A DNA stretch of 64,000 bases from Planctomycetota bacterium (GTDB lineage: Bacteria; Planctomycetota; UBA1135; GCA-002748355). Numbering within the stretch: the first letter of the stretch is position 1; every line of letters begins with the position of its first letter. The notes beneath the pieces were generated by a model that was not told where the DNA came from, did no database searches, and saw only the letters and a program-made list of their open reading frames with translations. A program made the translations under genes and the position numbers. Below, piece after piece: positions 21,050 through 28,911 of the stretch. Where the stretch lies: positions 19,510 through 83,509 of the forward strand of contig DROQ01000096.1 in the NCBI GenBank assembly GCA_011321845.1. Direction: 5' to 3'.

Positions 21050-21862
21050 TCATAAAAGATCCAGGAGAAGGGCTTCCAAATCCGCGAGTCGGAGCATGTT
21101 GGGGCCGTCGGAGGGGGCATGGTCGGGGTCCTCGTGCACCTCGAGGAAGAGGGCGTCGATGCCCACGGCGACGGCGGCCCGGGCAAGGGGAGGAACCATG
21201 CTCCGGTCCCCCGAGGTCGCGGCCCCCGCCCCTCCCGGACGCTGAACGGAATGGGTTGCGTCAAAGACGACGGGAGCCCCCAAGCTGCGCATTTCCACCA
21301 GCCCGGTGAAATCCACAACGAGGCGGTTGTAGCCAAAGCTCGTCCCCCGCTCGGTCAGGAGGACCTGCGGGTTGCCGCCCGCCAGGACCTTGTTCAGAGG
21401 GTGCCGCATGTCCTGGGGGCTCAGGAACTGGCCCTTTTTGATGTTGACGGGTTTGCCCGTCTTGGCGGCTGCCAAAAGCAAATCCGTCTGCCGGCAGAGA
21501 AAGGCCGGAATCTGGAGGAGATCCACGACCTCGGCAACCGGAGCGGCCTGCGCGGGTTCGTGGATGTCGGTGAGGATGGGCCTTCCGGTCTTCTCCTTGA
21601 CGGCCGCAAGCCACTCGAGGCCCTTGGCCATCCCCGGGCCTCGGTACGCGTCGATGGAGGTCCGGTTGGCCTTGTCGAAACTCGCCTTGAAAACGAAGGG
21701 AAGGGAATGGCGGTCACAGATCTCCCCGATGGTCTCGGCATGGCGGATGGCGTGGTCCAGGTCCTCGAGGACACAGGGGCCTGCGAGGATGGCGAGGGGG
21801 CCTCCCCCACCGATCCGCACCTGTCCCACTTGGATCGGATTGGCAGCTTTCCGTTCTTTCAT
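21050..21862 (-). CDS. kdsA: KDO-8-phosphate synthase (metal-dependent type)
   Basis: [54 protein letters not shown]. Confidence 0.97.
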   Translation of the reverse strand: MKERKAANPIQVGQVRIGGGGPLAILAGPCVLEDLDHAIRHAETIGEICDRHSLPFVFKASFDKANRTSIDAYRGPGMAKGLEWLAAVKEKTGRPILTDIHEPAQAAPVAEVVDLLQIPAFLCRQTDLLLAAAKTGKPVNIKKGQFLSPQDMRHPLNKVLAGGNPQVLLTERGTSFGYNRLVVDFTGLVEMRSLGAPVVFDATHSVQRPGGAGAATSGDRSMVPPLARAAVAVGIDALFLEVHEDPDHAPSDGPNMLRLADLEALLLDLL

Positions 21863-22815
21863 CGTTTCTCTCCTGGCTCCTCCCCGGAGCCGGATCCAGG
21901 CGCATCGCCCCGGGGACCCGGGACGTAAAAAGAGAGGGCCCCAGGGATGACCTCGATCTCCAGGGGGGCCGCAGGGCCAGGATCCCCATCCACCTGGATC
22001 TCTCCTCCGCTCTCGGTTTCGATCCGCACCTTGCAGACCTGCCGGCGCACGAGACGATCCCCTTCCTGCAACCCGCCGAATACCCCCTTGACCACGTGTC
22101 CAAGCATGGAGGTCGCCGTTCCGGCCGAGAAGCCCAGGACATCCAGAAGCCCGTCATCCCAGCGAATCCCCCTCGGAAGTTTCCAGAACCCCCCGATCTG
22201 GGCCACGTTGGTCACCAGGACCTCATCGAAGGGACCGAGCCGCTCCCCGTCCTCGAGGACGAAGAAGTGCCTTCCCTTTTCGTAATTCCAAAGGGAGCCC
22301 AGGATGGGACCCAAGTACTTGAGCTTGCCCAGCGTCCCCCCACCCCGCTTGGCGTGGACCTCGGCCACGATCCTGCCGTCAATGCCCAGGCCCGCGCAGA
22401 GGAAGAAGCGTCGCTCCTCGGCCTCCGAGCGGATCTTTCCCGCGTCGAAGCTGCGCCGGTGCCCGGCCTTGATCATCGCGGCGGTCTGGCGGGGGGACTT
22501 GGGGAGCTTCAGCTCGCTCGCCAGGACGTTGGCTGTCCCCGAGGGGCAGACAGCGATTCCAAGGCCGGGACCCGGATCCGCCTCCACCACTTCGGCAATG
22601 GTTCCATCACCCCCCACCACGCAGATGGCCTCGTAGGCGTCAAGGGGCCCCTGGACTCGCTCCCGGATCTGCCCCGGCCCCGAGCTGAGGAAAAGCTCGA
22701 CGGGGTGCCCCATCTCCTGAAGGTCCTTGGCCAGATAGGGGACCAGTTCCCCGGCAAGGCCACCACCGGCCTTGGGGTTCGCGAGGATCAGGATGGTCGA
22801 GAGGACTGCCGCCAC
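21859..22815 (-). CDS. Diacylglycerol/lipid kinase family protein (DAGKc, YegS-like)
   Basis: [38 protein letters not shown]; GTG 22815 lies 7 nt after TACGAT. Confidence 0.88.
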   Translation of the reverse strand: MAAVLSTILILANPKAGGGLAGELVPYLAKDLQEMGHPVELFLSSGPGQIRERVQGPLDAYEAICVVGGDGTIAEVVEADPGPGLGIAVCPSGTANVLASELKLPKSPRQTAAMIKAGHRRSFDAGKIRSEAEERRFFLCAGLGIDGRIVAEVHAKRGGGTLGKLKYLGPILGSLWNYEKGRHFFVLEDGERLGPFDEVLVTNVAQIGGFWKLPRGIRWDDGLLDVLGFSAGTATSMLGHVVKGVFGGLQEGDRLVRRQVCKVRIETESGGEIQVDGDPGPAAPLEIEVIPGALSFYVPGPRGDAPGSGSGEEPGEKR

Positions 22816-22838
22816 CCCCGAAATCGTAGCCCCAACTT

Positions 22839-22951
22839 CGCCCAAAGGTAGGGTGTCCCTCTTCCGGGACCACCCCCTTCCGGGATTGGGTGTCCCGCTT
22901 GCATGCGCCCAAGGGTAGGGTGTCCCTCTTCGGAGAATGGGTGTCCCGTTC
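22839..22951. repeat. A-B-A-B direct repeat with four GGGTGTCCC cores
   Basis: CGCCCAA(A/G)GGTAGGGTGTCCCTCTTC at 22839-22864 and 22906-22931; TGGGTGTCCCG at 22887 and 22938. Confidence 0.8.
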
Positions 22952-23028
22952 GCCGCCCCGCCTCGGCGGGGGCAATCGGGAGATCTGATTGCTGGAGGTC
23001 CCTGGTCGCGGCGGCTAACCTCCGGGGC

Positions 23029-23778
23029 ATGAGCAGCAGCAAAAACGCCATTGTGGTAGGAGCCTCGTCGGGGATCGGGGCGGCTTTCGCGCGGACCCTC
23101 GCTTCTCAGGGATACAGGGTCGCCCTCCTCGCTCGCCGGATCCCGGAGCTGGAGAAGGTCCAGCGGGGCATCGAGACGGGCTGGGGGGAGGGGCGGGCCC
23201 GAGTCTACGAGAACGATGTCTGCGACTACGAGGCGCCTCCGGCCCTGCTGGCCAAGATCGAGGAGGACATGGGCAAGGTCTCGCTCTTCTGCTACGCGGC
23301 TGGGGTTATGGCTGAGGTCGGCAAGGACGAGTATGACTTCGCCAAGGACAAGAAGGTCCTCGACGTCAACCTGACCGGTGCGATGGCCTGGCTGGACGAG
23401 GTTGCGACCCGTTTCCAAGCCCGGGGCGAAGGGACCATCGTGGGGATCTCCTCCATCGCGGGAGACCGGGGGCGGCGGGCCTTCCCCTCCTACCATGCGG
23501 CCAAGGCAGGGCTCAGCACCTTTCTCGAGTCCCTGAGGAACCGCCTCTTCCAGCACGGAGTGCAGGTCACCACGATCAAACCCGGATTCATCGACACTCC
23601 CATGACCCGGGGAATGGACGGGCTCTTCTGGCTCAAGACGGCCGACGAAGCCGCCCAGATGATCTGGAAGGCCGTGAGGCGCGGCCGCTCCACCGCCTAC
23701 GTTCCCGCCCGCTGGGGCCTGGTCTCCCTCGTGATCCGCAGCATCCCCTCCCTGCTCTTCAAGCGGCTGGACATCTAG
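23029..23778 (+). CDS. Classical SDR, DprE2-like reductase
   Basis: GASSGIG, ISSIAGDRGR, YHAAK, IKPGFIDTPMT, IRSIP C-terminus typical of DprE2 homologues. Confidence 0.85.
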   Translation: MSSSKNAIVVGASSGIGAAFARTLASQGYRVALLARRIPELEKVQRGIETGWGEGRARVYENDVCDYEAPPALLAKIEEDMGKVSLFCYAAGVMAEVGKDEYDFAKDKKVLDVNLTGAMAWLDEVATRFQARGEGTIVGISSIAGDRGRRAFPSYHAAKAGLSTFLESLRNRLFQHGVQVTTIKPGFIDTPMTRGMDGLFWLKTADEAAQMIWKAVRRGRSTAYVPARWGLVSLVIRSIPSLLFKRLDI

Positions 23779-23880
23779 CGGGTTTTCCGAGACTCGTATC
23801 CACCTGCGCCCCCTTTTGCCCGAAGGGCTCGCGGAATGCTGCCCGTCCTTTACACAGCCACGCAATTTTCTCAGCTGTCC

Positions 23881-23906
23881 GGAACGCAGGTCCCTCCCTC
23901 CCGTAT
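23881..23906 (+). promoter_or_regulatory. Putative ECF sigma promoter upstream of the cytochrome operon
   Basis: GGAAC-N16-CGTAT. Confidence 0.35.
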
Positions 23907-24007
23907 ACCCCCCTCGCTGCCGCCGGAAAACCTGCGCGGCTTCCACTCCGGCTACCTCGATTCCTCCCTTTGAGTGGATCTCTCAACACAAGTCTGGAGT
24001 AGAAAGA

Positions 24008-24547
24008 ATGCGTAAAACCTCGATTGCAGCCTCTCTCGCGCTGTTGACAGTTCTCAGTGTTTCCGTCAGCTCATGCATGTCGAACAGGAAAAAGGGCATG
24101 ATGAAGCCCCCCTTCGGCTCCCCCAAGGACGTGGCGCAGGCCAATGACCTCTGGAGCCGGATCAGCGGTTACCGCACCTGGCAGAGTCCCGCCGGTATGT
24201 CGGGCTTCCAAAAAGGGCGCAGCCCCCACGGCAAGTACCTCAAGTACTACCTCAACTCCATCGCCGCCCGCGACCCGCTCGCGCCCGGCGCGATCGTCGT
24301 CAAGGAGAACTACATGGGAAAGAGCGATTCCATGCTCGGCCCCGTGACCGCGATGGAGAAGATCCCCGGCTATGACCCCGCCGACGGCGACTGGTTCTGG
24401 GTCAAGTTCAACCCCAGGGGCGAGGTCATGAAGAACCCCATGGGTATGTCCCTCGCGGGTAAGGTGGCCAAAGGCATGAAGAAGGGCTGCATCGCCTGCC
24501 ACGCCAACGCGGGTGGAGGTGACTTCCTCTTCGTCAACGACGAATAG
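24008..24547 (+). CDS. Cytochrome P460-family c-type cytochrome, probable lipoprotein
   Basis: Lipobox VSS-C; PHG, GAIVVKENY, DWFW, C-terminal CIACH..DFLF. Confidence 0.8.
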   Translation: MRKTSIAASLALLTVLSVSVSSCMSNRKKGMMKPPFGSPKDVAQANDLWSRISGYRTWQSPAGMSGFQKGRSPHGKYLKYYLNSIAARDPLAPGAIVVKENYMGKSDSMLGPVTAMEKIPGYDPADGDWFWVKFNPRGEVMKNPMGMSLAGKVAKGMKKGCIACHANAGGGDFLFVNDE

Positions 24548-24549
24548 CC

Positions 24550-25026
24550 ATGGATCGCCGCGGGGCGCTCGCCACCATCCTGGCTCTCCTTGTCGGCCTC
24601 GGGGGCTCGATCACCGGGCTGATCGCGGCCTTCATCAGCAACGCCTTCGGCAGGCCGCGGGCGAAAGGCTGGATCAAAGTCGGCAAGGCCGAAGATCTCA
24701 GTCCCGACACCTTCGGGCGGATCGTCCTGACCCTCGAACACAGGCACGCCTGGATGGACGCATCGGTCCCGATGACCATCTTCGTCAAGGACATGTATCC
24801 CAAGGATCCGATCGCCTACCTGGGGACCTGCAGCCACCTGGGTTGCACGGTCGCCTGGAAGGACAAGAGCAAACTCTTCGAGTGCCCCTGTCACGGCGGC
24901 AAGTACAACGCCAAGGGAGAAGTGGTCGATGGGCCACCCCCCCGCCCGCTGACCCAACTCAAGACCAGGATCAAGGGAGAAGACTTCTTCATCCTCCTTC
25001 CCGAGAAACGGGAGGGGATGGCATGA
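24550..25026 (+). CDS. qcrA: Rieske 2Fe-2S subunit of a bc complex (QcrA/PetA-type)
   Basis: Tat-like DRRGAL plus TM; CSHLGC, CPCHGGKY, GPPPRPL. Confidence 0.9.
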   Translation: MDRRGALATILALLVGLGGSITGLIAAFISNAFGRPRAKGWIKVGKAEDLSPDTFGRIVLTLEHRHAWMDASVPMTIFVKDMYPKDPIAYLGTCSHLGCTVAWKDKSKLFECPCHGGKYNAKGEVVDGPPPRPLTQLKTRIKGEDFFILLPEKREGMA

Positions 25027-26354
25027 AGCTCTGGTGTGCCACCCTCGATTGGTTGAAAGCCCGAACCGATCTCCCCGACAAGACCAGAACCTTTTTGAAC
25101 AAGCCCATCCCGGGCAACGTGGGCTGGCTCCACACCCTCGGAGCTCTCCTCCTCTTCTACCTGGTCCTGCAGACGATCACCGGGATCCTGATGGGCCTGT
25201 ATTACAGCCCCTCCCCCGACCAGGCCCACGAGAGCATCCGTTACATCGACACCGAGCTGCGCCTGGGGGCCTTGGTCCACTCCCTGCATCACCACGGGGC
25301 CGCCTTCATCCTGATCACGGCCTTCCTCCACCTGATGCGCTCTTTCTTCCTCGCGGCCTATCGAGCGCCGCGGGAGCTGCTCTGGTGGTCCGGCCTCGTC
25401 CTCTTCCTCCTCCTCACCCTCTTCGCCTTCACGGGCCAACTCCTCCCCTTCGACAATCATGGCTATTGGGCCACCGAGGTAGGGATCCGAATCGCCTCGG
25501 CGCCTCCGGTGCTGGGACCCTACATCCGCGAATTCCTGACCGGGGGCTACGGCGATCTTGGAGCGACCACCTTGAGCCGCTTCATGATCCTCCACGTCGC
25601 TGTCCTGCCCCTGGTCTTTTTTGGTCTGGTGGGTCTCCACCTGGCCCTCCTCCAGAAGGTGGGCTCCGCTGGGCCGCTTCATGGCAGCCCCGAGCCCTAC
25701 CGCAGCTTCTTCCCCGGTCAGGTCCTCAAGGATCTCAGCGTGGCGGCCCTGGGAGCGCTCGTCCTCTTCCTCGTAGCCTGGTTCATGCCTCCCGGGGACA
25801 GTGGTCCCGCCGACCCGGGGGCCACCGGCTTCGTCCCGCGGCCCGAGTGGTACTTCTTCGCCCACTACGAGATCCTCCGCATGCTCCCCTCGGGCTGGCA
25901 ACTCCTCGGGACCTTTGTTCTTCCCACAGCCGCGGGAGGAGCGCTGGTGCTGCTCCCCCTCCTCGACCGCAAAAGCGGGGGGCTCTTGACCGACCGCCTG
26001 AGGTTCACTCTGGGAGGCCTCGTCCTTTTCGGGGTGGTGGGCCTCACGATCACCGGCCTGGTCGAGGAATCCCGCGAAAAACCAAAGGAGACCGCCATCG
26101 TCGGGGATCCGATCGCGGCGGGGAAGAAGCTCTTTCACACAAAAAAGTGCACCAAGTGCCACAGCATCGGCAAGGAGAAGGGCGGGGACAAGGGACCCAA
26201 CCTCGCGCGGGTCGCCAGGCGCATTCGCCGGGACTTTTTCAAACCCTGGATTCGCAAACCCGGGTCCTTCCGGCCCGACACCGAGATGCCCAACTTCGAA
26301 GGTTCAGAGGAGGAGCTGGACGCCATCGTCCGCTACCTCCAGACCCTCAAATGA
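25023..26354 (+). CDS. qcrB: Cytochrome b + subunit IV + cytochrome c fusion
   Basis: Four heme-b His ligands, GYWA, PRPEWY, C-terminal CTKCH..GPNL..EMP; ATG overlaps the Rieske stop. Confidence 0.9.
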   Translation: MKLWCATLDWLKARTDLPDKTRTFLNKPIPGNVGWLHTLGALLLFYLVLQTITGILMGLYYSPSPDQAHESIRYIDTELRLGALVHSLHHHGAAFILITAFLHLMRSFFLAAYRAPRELLWWSGLVLFLLLTLFAFTGQLLPFDNHGYWATEVGIRIASAPPVLGPYIREFLTGGYGDLGATTLSRFMILHVAVLPLVFFGLVGLHLALLQKVGSAGPLHGSPEPYRSFFPGQVLKDLSVAALGALVLFLVAWFMPPGDSGPADPGATGFVPRPEWYFFAHYEILRMLPSGWQLLGTFVLPTAAGGALVLLPLLDRKSGGLLTDRLRFTLGGLVLFGVVGLTITGLVEESREKPKETAIVGDPIAAGKKLFHTKKCTKCHSIGKEKGGDKGPNLARVARRIRRDFFKPWIRKPGSFRPDTEMPNFEGSEEELDAIVRYLQTLK

Positions 26355-26423
26355 GTTTTACGAGGGCTTCTGCGCGCCCCGGCTGGAAGGAGCCCCAACA
26401 CCAACCACTTTGGAGGAACAGAC

Positions 26424-26963
26424 ATGATTCGGATCTCATTGGCAGGCCTCGTTGGTCTCACTGCGGCCCTCTTCGCCTATCCTCAACCAAAGGGCGAAGA
26501 CAAGAAACCCTTTGGCGGCCCGAAGGACGTCGCCTTCGCCAGGAAGGTCTGGACCCGGATGAAGAACTACCCCGACTGGGAGCTTCACTCGGATGTCATC
26601 AAGGGGCAAACCCCCCATGGAAAGTGGGTCAAGATCTACTCCTCCTGGATCCGGGTGGACGGCAAGCTCTTTCCCATCCTCGTCAAGGACAATTTCCGGG
26701 GGCGTGGTGTCAGCCCCAAGCGAATCCAGGAGGATCGAGGCAAGTGGCTCAAGGCCGTGACCATCATGCTCAAACGCAAGCCCGGCTATGACAAGGAGAA
26801 CCAGGACTGGTTCTGGGCAAAATTCAGCCCCGACGGGAAGCTGGTGAACAACCCCAAGGGTGTCCCCCTTGCGGGCAGGGTGGCCAAGGGCTCCTCCAAG
26901 GGATGTATCAGCTGCCACTCCCAAGCCGACGGGGACGACTACCTTTTCTCCAACGACGGCTGA
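26424..26963 (+). CDS. Second cytochrome P460-family c-type cytochrome (secreted)
   Basis: Signal peptide; PHG, ILVKDNF, DWFW, CISCH..DYLF; clear paralogue of 24008-24547; GGAGG RBS. Confidence 0.8.
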   Translation: MIRISLAGLVGLTAALFAYPQPKGEDKKPFGGPKDVAFARKVWTRMKNYPDWELHSDVIKGQTPHGKWVKIYSSWIRVDGKLFPILVKDNFRGRGVSPKRIQEDRGKWLKAVTIMLKRKPGYDKENQDWFWAKFSPDGKLVNNPKGVPLAGRVAKGSSKGCISCHSQADGDDYLFSNDG

Positions 26964-27120
26964 AACGGCGGGAACCCGCATCCCCCTCCGCCTGAAGCCG
27001 GAAAGCCTTCTCCCCCTCCTATGGGGATTTGAAACAGTGCTGAAATTTTCGACAAATTGAGCACGCCTCCCCCCCCATCCCTGCCGATAAATCGGACACT
27101 CACCGGGGAATGGGGGGAAA

Positions 27121-28071
27121 ATGGACAAAGTCCACTTGGGGATGATCGCGGGGATCGGACTCCTCGTGCTGCCTATGGGAATCATCGGTTTGGGAGGAGC
27201 GACCCGGCAGCTCGAGGAGGAGCTGCCGGCCTTGGACCGTGGGAGGGCCGAAGGGCAACGGCTCCAGCTCCGCGTTCCGATGCCCGAGGAGCCCGGAAAA
27301 CCTTCCTCTCCCGGGCTCGAGAGACGGAGCGCCCCGAGGCGTAAGCAGAGCAAGCGGGAGATCCGCATCCTCTTGGACCCGGTCACCTTTGGAATGCAGC
27401 GTCCCGACTTCGTTCGGAGTCTGGAGGAGCGTTTCCCCGGCTTCCATTTCCCAAGGGTCCGGCTCCGCGTGGAGGAAGGGAGGCAGAGGCTCTATGGGGG
27501 AACGGGCAGCATCCTGATCAGCAGCTGGGGGCTTCGCCACCGGGACAAGAAAAGGGGAATCCGGGAGAACAAGCTGGGCTACGTGGCTGCCGTGATCGCG
27601 GCCGGCAAGGAGGCTGGCCTGCCCCCCCGGATCGCCCGGAACCAGATCTACGATTTCTTGATCGGAGCCCCCGCACTCGGCGCGACCGGGCCAGTCGCTC
27701 CCCCGGCTCCCTTGAATCTCCAAGCCTACAACGCTCCCTGGTTCGCGGGGGGGCTGCTCAAAGGGCGTTTCTTCCCGGCCGCGACCTCGAGCCGGGTCCC
27801 GCTGCGCCTGAACTCCATCGACAAGGCGCTAAGGGGGAAGGGATACTCGCTCATTCCCCTCCCACGCAAAAACAAGGGCTTTCTCTACTCCATGGTGGAT
27901 GGGGTCCTCCCGACCCGGGACAACCTCGTATTGGAGCGCTACCCCCTCAAGGTCTCCATCTACCTCGCCTACAACGAACAGGCAAAAAACAGCATAAGTC
28001 TCATGCGCATCCTGGCTTGGATCGCTTCGAAACAGGGGAAAAGGGCCTTTTCGGACTGGCTCATCTATTGA
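27121..28071 (+). CDS. Membrane-anchored, degenerate PstS-like periplasmic binding protein
   Basis: N-terminal TM; C-terminal DGVLPTRDNL..YPL..YL resembles the PstS/PBP tail. Confidence 0.5.
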   Translation: MDKVHLGMIAGIGLLVLPMGIIGLGGATRQLEEELPALDRGRAEGQRLQLRVPMPEEPGKPSSPGLERRSAPRRKQSKREIRILLDPVTFGMQRPDFVRSLEERFPGFHFPRVRLRVEEGRQRLYGGTGSILISSWGLRHRDKKRGIRENKLGYVAAVIAAGKEAGLPPRIARNQIYDFLIGAPALGATGPVAPPAPLNLQAYNAPWFAGGLLKGRFFPAATSSRVPLRLNSIDKALRGKGYSLIPLPRKNKGFLYSMVDGVLPTRDNLVLERYPLKVSIYLAYNEQAKNSISLMRILAWIASKQGKRAFSDWLIY

Positions 28072-28114
28072 ACTTCCCCAAGCCGGAGTCGGCTGAGGAA
28101 GCTCCAGGAATAAA

Positions 28115-28156
28115 TCAAACGATCGCTTGAAACGATCGCTTGGACTCAGATATACT
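28115..28156 (+). promoter_or_regulatory. Tandem TetR (PsrA-type) operator overlapping a sigma70 promoter
   Basis: AAACGATCGCTTG twice (28117-28129, 28130-28142); near-palindrome TCAAACGATCGCTTGA; TTGAAA-N18-TATACT. Confidence 0.75.
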
Positions 28157-28164
28157 CTCCATCC

Positions 28165-28911
28165 ATGGGAGATTCTGAGAAAACATGCGGGAGCGGTCCG
28201 GGAGGCAAGTCCACCCCTTCGGCGCGGACGCGCATCCTGGACGCAGCAGAACGGATCTTCGCTGAACAAGGGGTGGATGCCGCCTCTCTTCGCCGCATCA
28301 CGCGCGAGGCCGAGGCCAATATCGCTGGAGTCCATTACTATTTCGGCTCCAAGAACGGACTGGTCCTGGAGGTTTACCGCAGACTGATCCGCCCGGTGAA
28401 CAAAAAAAGGCTCTCCCTCCTCGACCAGGCCCGGGCCTCCGCTGGAGAGGATCCCATCCCCCTCCCCGAACTGGTCAAGATCTTCTTCATCCCCCCGCTC
28501 CTCATCTGCTATCAGGAGCACTGCGCCCGCCCCCACCTCCCCAGGCTGATCGGCCGGATGTTCAGCGATGCGCCGGACCTGATCCGAAAAATGATCGACG
28601 AGGAATTCTCCAAGATGAAGACCCGCTTCCTCGAAGAGCTAGGCATGAGCCTTGGACGACGCCCCAAGGAGGAACTGATCTGGAAGCTGCACTTCATGGT
28701 CGGGATCCTGGTCAACACCATGTTGGCCACCGAGTTTCCTCCCCTGAGTCTCCTGGACCACCACCCCGCAGAAAAACCCGCCCAATCCCTACGCCAAATC
28801 CTCGCCTTCGCCCTCGCGGGGATTCAGCAGGATCCAGAAAGCTTGGACCTCTCCATGGATGATTTCGAGTCCTACCGCGTGGACGAAGCAGTGTTCGGAG
28901 AAGCAGAATGA
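28165..28911 (+). CDS. TetR/AcrR family regulator (PsrA-like)
   Basis: RILDAAERIFAEQG..SLRRIT..VHYYFGSK. Confidence 0.92.
   Translation: MGDSEKTCGSGPGGKSTPSARTRILDAAERIFAEQGVDAASLRRITREAEANIAGVHYYFGSKNGLVLEVYRRLIRPVNKKRLSLLDQARASAGEDPIPLPELVKIFFIPPLLICYQEHCARPHLPRLIGRMFSDAPDLIRKMIDEEFSKMKTRFLEELGMSLGRRPKEELIWKLHFMVGILVNTMLATEFPPLSLLDHHPAEKPAQSLRQILAFALAGIQQDPESLDLSMDDFESYRVDEAVFGEAE

Noticed and set aside
22816-23946. Long N-terminal extension of the lipid kinase ORF (695 aa)
   Set aside because: Overlaps the SDR gene on the opposite strand and the repeat region; the kinase domain begins near 22815
25034-26791. 585-aa alternative-frame ORF over cytochrome b
   Set aside because: Low-complexity Pro/Arg-rich off-frame product; the cytochrome b frame carries all the motifs
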